62,984 nucleotides of DNA, filler included, from Lenisia limosa (GCA_001655205.1; 7 parts of 7 records of this genome joined end to end with filler, not necessarily neighbours in it), one strand, 5' to 3'. Shown: positions 51,701 to 62,963, counted from the first letter of the whole stretch. Numbers and translations: made by a program. The notes: generated from the sequence alone by a model not told the origin.

Positions 51701-52830
51701 CATTAACAGGATCTATTCTAGGCTAAATTAACGTCAAATCAATAATCCTCTGTATAAGAAGCAAAGAGCCGCTTTACTATCCAAAGATGGTATTGAAAGC
51801 CATAATAAAGCTGAAAACTAAGCCATGTGATATATTTCCTTATAAGGAAAGTTGAACAAAATTTTGGATTGCTATTAATTGCTTCATTTTTGTTGACCTC
51901 CCCACTCCAGTGTTAATTATTAACCTTCCTTATTGAGAAGTTAGAGAAAGAGACTGAAATGCAAACTGTTCTTTAGGTGTTTGCCGTTACCACTTAAGAT
52001 GTTGTCACTTTATTCACCAAAATCTTTATCCTTGGACTCAATATTTTGAAATACAGTAACTAACCTGATCATTTGGGGATTAAAAGTGAATCTTCCGTTG
52101 GTTTGCCCCCAATGACCTTATGATCACTTTCGGTATAATATATGGGATATCTCGAAAATGTCTTGCTGAACCAAAATGTGTTGTGCGATGCTGGCACGGA
52201 GGTGTACTTGGAATTCTCATTGTTTCGCGGAGTATTTCGGTATTCTTCAGTATTCCTAAAATATTACATTTGATTCCCTTGTAAACAGAATCTGCAAGAG
52301 CCTAGACGCGTTGACGGCTGATTTCAAGAAAGACTTCATCCCTTCCACTCCGTGAAGAATGTTGAGACCGAACTTTTTTGAGCTATATTACAAAATCATA
52401 AAACAAGGCATTAACCCTTCTAACAATTGAAAATGGCTTTAACAGCTTTTGAAGCAAAGATAAAACCTGATTCCAAAACCTAACCGTGTGACTGCATCAT
52501 ATAGTACGATACCCATAACAAAACCGAGAATAAAATACAGTAAAATAAATATATTAAAACTACAACCAATAACATTTACCTAACCTTGAACCTTACGCCC
52601 ATGCACTCATCACTTTCTAAAGGAGTAACCAATCAAATAAAATAAAAAGGATTTCAGAAATTTAGGACTTATTTTTTTGGGGAAAAAAAAAGTGTTTTAA
52701 AAAGGGAAAAAAGTAACAAGCAGTCGACTACTAGGGCCTATCTATACCTTGAAATTGGCCGTAGTGAGTTGAGATACTTCTTTGCTTCCAGCACCCTGAG
52801 CATCAAGGATGCCGCGAATTACCTGTTACG
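45790..52830 (-). CDS. Unassigned minus-strand exons of one or more low-complexity proteins
   Basis: Many short AG/GT-bounded open blocks, e.g. about 52740-52820 VIRGILDAQGAGSKEVSQLTTANFK, 52270-52380 SKKFGLNILHGVEGMKSFLKSAV, 49405-49465 NLVPLQSDTSSSDTSTEMSQR, 47035-47100, 45790-45930. No domain recognised; the gene model is not resolved. Confidence 0.4.
46796..46941. mobile_element. MITE family B copy
   Basis: CCCATCGACTTGGGAG...GGAATTCCCAAATAATAACAAGGAACCTCAAGTCGATGCGCCGTAGTG. Confidence 0.7.
47833..47921. repeat. (CAT)n/(ATCATTATC)n microsatellite
   Basis: Directly visible; generates the spurious poly-Ile ORF 47805-47993. Confidence 0.95.
50591..50681. mobile_element. MITE family A copy with complete ends
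   Basis: tta|GGCTTCACTTCGGTTCGAAA...GAAGTGAAGCC|ata. Other copies end GAAGCC|tta and GAGGCCC|taa, which suggests TWA targets (PIF/Harbinger Tourist-like; inference). Confidence 0.75.
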
Positions 52831-52870
52831 TGAGGTGGATAGTGGATTTGGTATTTGAGGGGGGGGGGGG

Positions 52871-52970
52871 NNNNNNNNNNNNNNNNNNNNNNNNNNNNNN
52901 NNNNNNNNNNNNNNTTAATTAATTAANNNNNNNNNNNNNNNNNNNNNNNNNNNNNNNNNNNNNNNNNNNN
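52871..52970. other. Artificial contig-joining spacer
   Basis: N44-TTAATTAATTAA-N44. Confidence 0.97.
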
Positions 52971-53227
52971 ATATTACACACAGAAAAAATGGCCCAAGTT
53001 GAGCAGCCGTAACTTTTCAACCCTTACTGGCTACATAAAATCAGCGCACATCATCCTTGGAAAGATTTGTTGAAAGAAGAAAGAAAGAAGGACTACGTAC
53101 GGAAATAATGAGAGTAGTTTGTGGAATTCGAGATTTTTCGTTGGGATAGTCATTCCGAGTCCATTTTAGAGAGGCGTAAACCACTATTGAAGAAATTGGA
53201 GTGAAGGACCAGAGTTGATATACCGCA

Positions 53228-53560
53228 ATGGCGATGTATACCAAAACATACACGGTTGTACAAGCTCTTTGTGCCCAAGCTGGATCCGTTTGTCGTCTTG
53301 TTTTCAGATTAATATTAATATTCAGGGTGATAACATCAAGTTTGAAGAAGGAGACGTCTTGCTGCTAGATGAAACCCCTTCCTCTTCAAATTGGTATGTT
53401 GCCAAATATCCACGATCCGAAGGATGTGTAAACCTTCCCTCCTTTTATTTTTCTAATATTCATGGGCTTAATTTATTGGGAATGTAAAAGCAGTTAAACT
53501 GATTTTCAGATCTTTGATTCTTTGATATCTTTCAAATTCTCCATCCTCAGGGAGTGGATG
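53228..53560 (+). CDS. Possible divergent SH3-like exons; may be the 5' part of the downstream SH3-PH gene
   Basis: MAMYTKTYTVVQALCAQAGS spliced to GDNIKFEEGDVLLLDETPSSSNW; resembles SH3 (L.F..GD.I.V.....W). Confidence 0.4.
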
Positions 53561-54290
53561 GGTAACAGGTCTTGGTTTAATGAATATTATTTTTATATAT
53601 AGGGCATATGTTGAATTAACTCAGAATTACTATTTACTTGGGGTGGTCATCCAAACCACATAGTACATGTTTTTTTTTTGCCCCTCTAGCGAAGGATTTC
53701 TTTTGATAATTCTTTATTACGACTTCCTGTGAAAGTTGACTTTTTTTGTAGCTCAAAACAAGTTTTATATTTGCTCGAAATGAAGTGACATGGTCGCAGT
53801 TATCAAACATCACGTAGCAAGCCGAAAAACAGCTCCAAAGAACAATCAAAGCTCTTCTAATCGCTAGATTTTGAGCAAAGGTTGCTGGATAGGGACAAAT
53901 ATATTAATGGAATAAATGTTTATCAAGCTTGAGCAAAATGGATGAGAAATTGGAGTGCCAAAGACGAGAACCGAGCCAAAAATTTCAAGTAGCTCCTCTG
54001 GAGGAGGTATTTAAAATTTGTTAAAATTTGATCTTTTTTTTTTTAGCTAAAATTGTTATTTGCCGAGTGCGCTTTTAAAATTTAGCTAAATTTACGTAAA
54101 AACCTGACCCCCCCCCACCCCTGGTATGCATACCTTATGTATACCTTCGCTGAGGGACCCCTCTATAAATGGTTTGGATGACCAGTGGTCCCTTAGGAAG
54201 AGAGTCTTCTCAGTATATTTACTGAGAGTGTTTACTGCGAAGCAGTTTCATCCATCAATCCACTAACACAAAAGGGTTGCTAGCTCGGCA

Positions 54291-56076
54291 ATGTCGGGTA
54301 CCGTTTCGCCAACTCGCGTAGATGTTGTCATTCAGGGGCAAGGTCCATCATGGGAGTTTGTTGAAGGCGCCATTCTTGAGGATGAAGCGGAGGAGGTTGT
54401 TCTTCCACAGTCACAGCGACCAGAACCAAAGCCTTACCTCTTGCCTATTGGTGCTGGAATAAGCTTGCTGAAGTTCACACCAGTATGGGGAGGGTATTAT
54501 TTCCCACTTACTATCTATTATTATCATTATTTTCTCATTTACAACATATAAAACCTAACGCAAAAGGAACAACCAGGTGACCTTGGCTTGTCACCAGGAG
54601 AGGTTGTGGCCATTACTCATGCCGAGCCAGGCTGCTCTTGGTGGTATGCGGCAGAGATGGGATCATAATTTTGGGCTATATTTTAATTTTGTGTCATTTG
54701 TGTTGGTACCTCTTTCTTCTTGGTTTTCTTCTTTCTCTATTGTGTTACATTACATTCCCATCACCCCCTCTTGATACATAATTGACTGTTTAGCCAAGAG
54801 AGTTGATTTTTTTTTNNNNNNNNNNNNNNNNNNNNNNNNNNNNNNNNNNNNNNNNNNNNNNNNNNNNNNNNNNNNNNNNNNNNNNNNNNNNNNNNNNNNN
54901 NNNNNNNNNNNNNNNNNNNNNNNNNNNNNNNNNNNNNNNNNNNNNNNNNNTTCCATGTTTACCCCCTCCCTCCCTTGTTTTATGCTTTTTATTTGTTTGA
55001 AGTTTCAGGTTCGTGATTAGTACCTTTACGCCAATATTCATCATCAAAATTTCATTCGTTTTACTCCCCCTCTCTCCCAGGTTTGGATTCACTTCAAAAG
55101 GCCGAGGTGTGTTCCCTTGTGAATGCGTTGAGCCTATTGAGCCTTCTCCACTTCAACCTGTCAAGAAACTAGTAAGTTTTTTTTTTCTGNNNNNNNNNNN
55201 NNNNNNNNNNNNNNNNNNNNNNNNNNNNNNNNNNNNNNNNNNNNNNNNNNNNNNNNNNNNNNNNNNNNNNNNNNNNNNNNNNNNNNNNNNNNNNNNNNNN
55301 NNNNNNNNNNNNNNNNNNNNNNNNNNNNNNNNNNNNNNNNNNNNNNNNNNNNNNNNNGCGCTGGTGCACCCTGAGTGAAGATGGTGTACTGTACTATTAC
55401 AAATCTCAAGATACGGTTTGTCTTGTGCTTTATTTGATCCTTGGAAGGATCGTAGGGATATGTATAGTAAAACCCCATTTCAGTGATATTTCACAGATTT
55501 CATTTTAATACATTCTCTCACTTTTCAGAATCAGAAGCCACGAGGCATGATTACAATCACCGACTTCGAGTTCAACCCCATTACTTCCGACCCCAAAAAG
55601 AGAGGGTTGGCTTGTTTCCATCCTATTGAAATAGTACGATATGATAAGACGAACTGGTAAAACCTTTGTATTTCAAGTCGACATAAACCTAGGTTCCCTA
55701 CGGTCCGAAAAAGACCGTTTAAATATCGATATTTCTCGAGGAGGTGTCGAGAAATTCGGTCTTTTTGCGGACCGTAGGGAAGCCCTCCATTAACCACATA
55801 CCACATGAAAGCTTGTTTTTTTTTTCATTTTTTTTTTCCTTCACGAAATAGCTATGCTTTTGAGGTGTCTAATGCACCAATGCCGAGTACAGTTTTCTTC
55901 GCTCAGGATGAAGGTATATTCTGGAGTATGTGCAGAGAGAACAACTAATATATAATCTGCCCATTAATCCATTTCAGAAGAAATGACGGTTTGGATCACA
56001 GCTTTGAGGCGCAACCAACGATTCCAAAAGCACCTCATTGAAGATAAAAATAGGGCGGTTGAGCTAGCTATTGAGA
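54291..56076 (+). CDS. SH3 + PH domain protein; 3' end cut by spacer
   Basis: Spliced SH3 LLKFTPGEVVAITHAEPGCSWWFGFTSKGRGVFPCECVEPI; PH RWCTLSEDGVLYYYKSQD..KPRGMITI..YAFEV..FFAQDEEEMTVWITAL. Confidence 0.85.
54985..55080 (+). repeat. Dispersed intronic repeat family C, ending at a 3' splice-site AG
   Basis: TTTGTTTG(G/A)AGTTTCAG..GGTTCGTGAT(T/A)AGTA...TTCGTTTTACTCC..CAG; copies at 29480-29568 (+), 40096-40147 (-), 44314-44440 (-). Confidence 0.8.
55690..55785. mobile_element. MITE family A variant subfamily (intronic)
   Basis: GGTTCCCTACGGTCCGAAAAAGACC...GGTCTTTTTGCGGACCGTAGGGAAGCC. Confidence 0.75.
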
Positions 56077-56147
56077 GTGGTTAGTGGGGATACACGAAGA
56101 CGAAGGCATATTGGTCTACATAATCCTTGTCACGCCAATATAGAGTA

Positions 56148-56151
<4 letters not shown>

Positions 56152-56190
<39 letters not shown>
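56152..56190. repeat. (CT)n microsatellite
   Basis: Directly visible. Confidence 0.95.
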
Positions 56191-56193
<3 letters not shown>

Positions 56194-56252
56194 CTCAGTG
56201 TGAATGTGTACTTGTGCATTTCCTCTCTTTTTATCTCCTGGTCCCCACCTCC

Positions 56253-56352
56253 NNNNNNNNNNNNNNNNNNNNNNNNNNNNNNNNNNNNNNNNNNNNTTAA
56301 TTAATTAANNNNNNNNNNNNNNNNNNNNNNNNNNNNNNNNNNNNNNNNNNNN
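56253..56352. other. Artificial contig-joining spacer
   Basis: N44-TTAATTAATTAA-N44. Confidence 0.97.
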
Positions 56353-56476
56353 AACCAACATACAAGGAAGCAAATCCCCTATTTCTATTAACTTATATCC
56401 AGGGCTTCCCTTTAACAAAGGATTTAGCTCCATTTCTGGCGTTTGCTATTATTTTCTTCACTAGGTAGCCCCTCAC

Positions 56477-58118
56477 AGGTCTCCAGGAGCATAGCTCTTT
56501 CCGGTTTGGGGGTTCTTGACAGCACTTCTCTCAAGGAACTTCCCGCCTCTCACTCCACTGTTGCGAACCTAATTCATAAGTTGTCATCTTCAATACCTTT
56601 CGAAAGGACAAAATCCGCAGAGGTACCACAAACCTCTTTCTCGAAGACAGCGATGGTGTCGTCAGCAAGGTAGAAGGTGACAACAAAGCGGCGCCCGACA
56701 TCAACAGGGTGTTTTGTGTCAAGAACAGCGGCAAAACGGAGGATCTAAACCAAGTCAGACCTCTGTAAGCCCGAAGTAAACAATGTAAACATGTTTTTCA
56801 GCCCCCCTCCTCTAATCAATAATCAAAAAGATAATTGCATTCCAAACCTTGCCATCCAGTCTGATCATCTTAGCGACATCCTTGACTGGGGCCTTGGGGA
56901 GAAGGGATTTGACAGAAACCATGCTATCAGCCTCGCTTCCAAAGCCGGATGAGGGTGGGGCTTCCTAATATGGTAAGTTAGAAAACAAGAAACTCATCAG
57001 AAACTGAATTGATAATAATCCTTCATACTCTCTGATACACCACAGCCTTCTCTTCCTCAATAACAAGAGGTGTCATATCCTCAATACCGTAGGTCTTCTT
57101 GTAATACGCCTGCAAGGTCAGGTTGATAGGTAAAAAAACAACAGTTGTTGCTCATCAAAAGAAAGCAGTCATAGATGATCGGTCTAAAGAGCCGCCGTCC
57201 ACCTTAGTCGACTCGTCAGCATCAGTAACAAGGAATGGCCTTCCGAAAAGGGAGAACTCTGCTCCAATGAAGAGATCTTCGGGCATATAGAATCCGCCTT
57301 CGGCCTGAGGTAACGATGAAAAAACAGATCTCAAGATTGCTATTCCTTAATTAATAACCACAAATAAAATTACAAGCCAGCTCAGGTTATTATTACAAAA
57401 TACTTGCCAAAATGACAGCATAAATGGGGAGGGGGGACGCCGATTTCCTTTAATGATGCTGCACCGTCTTACCTTTGGAAGCTTTTGTTTGCTGAGGAAA
57501 AGAGGGAAGTTGTCTCTTCCACTGTTTGACGCCAACAACTCGCGAACTTCGACTTCGTTACTGGCAAGGAAGAAGTGGAGAACAAACTTACGCTGGGGGG
57601 GGGGGGGNNNNNNNNNNNNNNNNNNNNNNNNNNNNNNNNNNNNNNNNNNNNNNNNNNNNNNNNNNNNNNNNNNNNNNNNNNNNNNNNNNNGTGTATGTAT
57701 ACATATTGCTTACAAGGTCACCAAAAGCAGAATCGCGGTCGTCCCAAAGAACATAGAGTCTCAATACATGACGGTCATATTCGAGAAATTGTGAAAGGGA
57801 GTCGGCACCCTACAGGATATTATCTGACAGTTGAATCGAAAACCGGAATTGTTTTATTAACCCCAAGAAGAAGAAAAAAAAAACCCTCCACCTTCACACC
57901 TTGGATTTGTGAGAGTGCCGCAGGGCATTTTCGCTGTTTTTGCGCTGTGTAAGGTAGAGGTCCTCCTTTCCTCCCTCATTTTGTTGCACCTAAGAAATAA
58001 TTTCAGAAATGATTCACCACGTGACTTGCCAAAAAGAGAAAGTTCAAAGAAGAAGACTCCCCTGTCTACCTTGTAGCCAAAGTTATCTTGAATGAAGTCT
58101 CTGGTACCATCATCGCAA
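56477..58118 (-). CDS. EFHC1/EFHC2 (Rib72)-like axonemal DM10-repeat protein; internal fragment, both ends missing
   Basis: End of DM10-1 (CDDGTRDFI); DM10-2 VLRLYVLWDDRDSAFGDLRKFVLHFFLASNEVEVRE..NSGRDNFPLFL, PEDLFIGAEFSLFGRPFLVTDADEST; DM10-3 ILRFAAVL..RRFVVTFYLADDTIAVFE..RNSGVRGGKFLER. Confidence 0.92.
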
Positions 58119-58179
58119 CTAAACGATTAAGGGCAGAAAATAAAATGAACGGTAGTCCCCAAAGGCCAAATGGTCCGAC

Positions 58180-58279
58180 NNNNNNNNNNNNNNNNNNNNN
58201 NNNNNNNNNNNNNNNNNNNNNNNTTAATTAATTAANNNNNNNNNNNNNNNNNNNNNNNNNNNNNNNNNNNNNNNNNNNN
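58180..58279. other. Artificial contig-joining spacer
   Basis: N44-TTAATTAATTAA-N44. Confidence 0.97.
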
Positions 58280-58567
58280 CCCCCGCCCCCCAATATTACA
58301 AGAGTCACACATGCTTGGTATTAATTATCCTTGTGCATATTGTAAGGGTTTTTCTAATCTATGAAACAGTTTATTATCATCCAGAAACACTATCATAGCT
58401 ACCTCTTTTTTTGACTTATCATCGTTGTTTTTGTTATAATATGAAACCACCACTCCTCGCCTTAGCCAATTGTAAAGGGACGTATCTAAAGATAGTGTCA
58501 CATAGTGTCAGTTGGAAAAAAAATCAATTATGAACCCTCTCCATGAAACCAGATATATTAATTACAT

Positions 58568-61500
58568 TCACTCCTTCATTACTCTAGTCTTTCTTCTTGC
58601 TTTGGGACCACTCTTCTGAGCCTTCTCAACACCTTCTTCGGTCTTCTTCCCATCATCATTCTCAACTATCTTCCCTTTTTTCTTGTATTTCTTTTCTTTC
58701 TTAGAAGCTGAATCTTGATCATCTTGCACACTCAGCGTCCCCTCTTTCTTCCCATACGTCCAGGCAGTTTTCAGGCTCAGTGCAACGACACTGATTTCGA
58801 CGAGGAAAAGTACGAGTGACGCGGGGATCACGCGCCAACTATAGCCAAACTGGGAAGGGGGAGGGGAGAGTAAATAGGAAACTCATAAAACACAATAAAG
58901 CCCAACAGTTGGTCCTTATGGGGAGTATTGGTAGCGGAGGGTGGTTTGGCTACATGCCTACGTATATTTTGTCTCAAACCGGATATTATCTTAATTTTGG
59001 TGGGAATAGAGCTATAGGGGCATGTTGGGGGGGGGGGGGNNNNNNNNNNNNNNNNNNNNNNNNNNNNNNNNNNNNNNNNNNNNNNNNNNNNNNNNNNNNN
59101 NNNNNNNNNNNNNNNNNNNNNNNNNNNNNNNNNNAACTCCAAAAAAATACAAAATATCAAATAGTACAAACCAGACGAGGGCAGTTATGTTTTTGTAGCT
59201 AAGTCTCTGTGGAAACGAAAAGAGGATCAACTTCACTCCTCCCCCACTAAATAGTCAGCTCCAAGGAGACTGATGGGAGGCTCGAGCATGCTTTCCACCT
59301 CATCAGGAGAGAGGGACTTCAGCTGGGTGAAGACTGAGCCCAAAGCCTGGTTGGTCAGGGGGTGGATACATACTTATACAGTGTAACATAATGATCCAAA
59401 TAGATCGTAGAATACATATAAGATATGTACATAATCATGCAAATGGTTAATGAGGGGGGATGCTGATAAGGTTCCCAGTGAGGAGGAGTGGTGAAATGAT
59501 GTGGATGGCTCTACCTGATGTACACTAAATAATGCGAATGGGAGTAATATAGTGTCGTAGCCAAGAGAGATATAATTGTTGGGTTGTCAAGTCTTGCCTT
59601 GAGAGTAAAATAATTGTTGTGTCATGCCTAGTCTTGCCTAGTTTGCGACGGGAATGATAAATGTGCCCCCCGCCCACGGTCAAGGAATTTGCGTAGCTTC
59701 CGATCTGGAAACTCACCAACGCAGCCTCAATAGCCTATAGTCCATGAGGGGGGATGGGCGGTCAAGTGGAAATTAATGAAACAAAAAAAAAAGAACTCTG
59801 TTGGCTAGACAATTTAGAATTAACNNNNNNNNNNNNNNNNNNNNNNNNNNNNNNNNNNNNNNNNNNNNNNNNNNNNNNNNNNNNNNNNNNNNNNNNNNNN
59901 NNNNNNNNNNNNNNNNNNNNNNNNNNNNNNNNNNNNNNNNNTCAAACACAAAAATAGCCACATAATTAATATAACACTTCATTGATACCCGCCCACATCG
60001 ACCATGATGACGTTGGCGCACCAGGAGTGGGCCCAATCCATGGCCATAATGAAGAACAGTGTCAAAATACTACAGAAAAATTGGGGATGTGATAGAAAGG
60101 TCACTAAAATGATACATAAAAGTGATGATTATGTAAGTAGTATATGATGGAAAAGGGATGGAATGTAAAATATGAATAGTAGTAGGGTTAATCTCTGGAA
60201 TACGTGATAAAAAGAGCCAGAAAAAGATTAGAAGTGAACGGAATGTGGTATAATTGTAGGACAAATTGAAAAAGATGTGACTAAAGTGATAAGAAATGTT
60301 CTAAGAAATTGGGAGAAATGCAATGGAATTGAGAAAAAAAGAAGAGCAGAGTCAAAATATCCCGGACAAGTGACAAAAAAGTGAAAGAAATCAGAAATCT
60401 GATGTAACCAAAACTCATGGCCATAATGAAGAGTAGAATCAGAATACATGTGATCAGAGACAGAAATACATAACAGACAATATATATGTGATAGAAAAAG
60501 TGGCATAACCAAGAAAATAGAAAGAAGAGCAAAGCCAGAATAAGAGAAATAAAGGACTGAAAGTGATAGAATTGAGAACACTCATTGCCATTCTGTTACA
60601 ATACTCTGAAAAGAAATATAATTTCTAAATAAGAATATCTCATTTTTATAACCGAAAGTGAATCTGAGAGAAAATTCACTCGGAATGCTGATAAAAGAAA
60701 AATAAGACAAAGCCCCTTTACCTTGGCAGTTTGGCGACGGCACTCATAAGGAACGGCAAGGTGAAGTAAATCCAAAGGAAGAACTGGATGTGCGCACCCC
60801 TAGGTTGTTATATGATATAAGTGATACTATATGCGTAAAATTGCATATCGTCAATCTGTACCCTATGTTATGCTTTCATGATAATATAATATGTTTGATA
60901 TATTCAGACTATTCATATATGATATTCTTTTAGATGAACAGTATATCCCTCCAAACTTGTGATTATAATAGTTTAATTATTTATCATATTATATAGTATA
61001 TTATCGATATTTGAATGTGTAAAATTAATAAGATAAACTATTACAGAGTAGTCTAAAATCTCAGTAGACAATGTAGTGAAAATATATGATACATACTTAA
61101 ATTACCTTGAAAAACAGCTCCTTCCCCCACCTTGAAAAAGAGTAGCCAATGAAATTTGCAGCAACCATGGTCATCATAATCTCAAATTGCACCGAAGACC
61201 TGACAATGTAACACAATTCTCCTCAAAGATATCCTTGATTCCCCATGATTGGATTTTTGAATGTGCCGGATATAATATCGATTGTGCTGGATATAATATC
61301 TATTTTTGTGGTCCAATAATAAGACAAATAAACGCTGCTGTAAATCATATTATTATACCTATTTTGAGAAAGAAAGCAAGTAAAGTGGGAAAGCATGAGA
61401 AGGAAAGCAAGTTAAGTGGGCAAGCCTGAGAAGGAAAGCAAGCTAAGTGGGGCAAGCCTGAGAAGGAAAGCAAGTCAAGCGGGGAAAGCCTGAGAAGGAA

Positions 61501-62747
61501 AGCAAGTTAAGTGGAGCAAGCCTAATAATTAGACCGAAGTGAAGCACTACTCACCAGTCCTTTGAAGCGATTGCTGAAGTCGACCAGGAAGGTAATCTCA
61601 AGGTGTACCTTTAAAGTCAGAAGACCAGTGAATTATAAGACAAAAAACAGAAAAATTCATTTTAGAAACGCCCAAAAAGACACCGTTGCCACTCACTTGG
61701 AAGCGAGTCTATAGTACACTCCGATAAAGAGGGCTGTGAGGGAGACGAGGGTAGCGGCAAGGAGCAAGGTGTAGAAGCTGGGGTCGTAGCGAATGGAGTC
61801 ACTGAAACGGGTCAGATTATGGTGATTATAAATTTTGAAATACGTCATATGCACATATGGTACTGTTTTAACGATGAAAATATAAAATACAATCAAAAAG
61901 AGCTTAGAAATAATACATAGGACAAATAACAAATATAGAGAAAACTTATCAGAAACATTGATGATTGTATAGTCATTTGCCAAATAGTATGTACTCCAGA
62001 CGCACTCACTAATGGTGATGATTATGTTAACAACATTGACCATTGTTCTGCCCACCCAAGGAAGCCCCAATGCATATTGACACGGCTCTCGAAATCGCGA
62101 CCAAAGTTGAAGGCAATACGAAGGTAGTTCTAGAACGTCAGTTGGACCTATAATTATATGGTTTACAACAACTTGAAAATTTGAAGTATTATCTCATGGA
62201 AAATAGACAAATACAATCCAATAATAGACCGAAAAGTACTTCTGCCTACCCAGGGGTGGTGGAGGAGGAAAGGAAGGGGAATCAAGACCTGCACAATGCC
62301 CATTGCTGCAAAGTGCGCAAAAACCCTAGAAAGTCATAATATATATCATATCAACTATATACATGTAGTATATTGTATTTATTAATATATCTGCTTCATA
62401 TATTGCTATAGTGTACCACAGTAACCATTGTAAGTCTTGAGAGAAAAACATATCATATAAAATTAACATATTTCATAATTACTATTTTATATATAATACA
62501 TATATCGATATAGCTATACTATATACATGTACAATATAGCTTGTAGACAGTGGCCATCACCCCTCAAAAACAAACGATTAAATCAATGACAACTATGAAA
62601 GAACCCTTAAGTGGGGTCCCCATCGAACTTCTTCAAAGGAAGCGCAAGAACGTAAATAAACAGAAGTGCGGGTCCGAAGAAAAGCGCGTTCATTTTGTAC
62701 GCCACCGCAAAAGTGTAGCAGAGGGAAGAGACCCAAAACCAGCGGTT
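58568..62747 (-). CDS. ALG3: Dol-P-Man alpha-1,3-mannosyltransferase, ALG3-like; 5' end beyond the window
   Basis: Exons: RWFWVSSLCYTFAVAYKMNALFFGPALL (ALG3 S.KMN.LL..P), GIVQ, NYLRIAFNFGRDF..W, LLLAATL..LF, AANFIGYSFSRGAHIQFFLWIYFTLPFL (ALG3 NFIG..F.RSLHYQF..W...LP.L); Lys-rich C-terminal tail. Confidence 0.85.
61365..61522. repeat. Tandem about 29-30-bp repeat x5 in an ALG3 intron
   Basis: GAGAAGGAAAGCAAGTTAAGTGGGCAAGCCT repeated with small variants. Confidence 0.9.
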
Positions 62748-62900
62748 CTGAGGAGTGAGCACAAGTAAACAAAACCAATAATGTGCATCTGGCCGAAGCC
62801 ATTCACACCATCACGCTTATAAGAGATATTGATTAGAGCATAATATTAATTCACGTATGTGTGCCTGAGCAGCAAATAATATCACATGCATCACCCCGCA

Positions 62901-62963
62901 ACACACATACACCTTTGTAGCACACATACACCTTTGTAGCACACATACACCTTTGTAGCACAC
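62901..62963. repeat. Tandem 20-bp repeat x3
   Basis: ACACATACACCTTTGTAGC(A/C) repeated. Confidence 0.85.

Noticed and set aside
56400-58118. Initial impression of a metabolic enzyme from the track ORFs 56443-56734
   Set aside because: The track frames are wrong or antisense; the spliced minus-strand frame gives clear DM10 repeats.
60070-60581. Hydrophobic minus-strand ORFs 60070-60581 and 61693-62070 as extra membrane proteins
   Set aside because: T-rich intron sequence of ALG3; only the small spliced exon at about 61700-61803 is coding.
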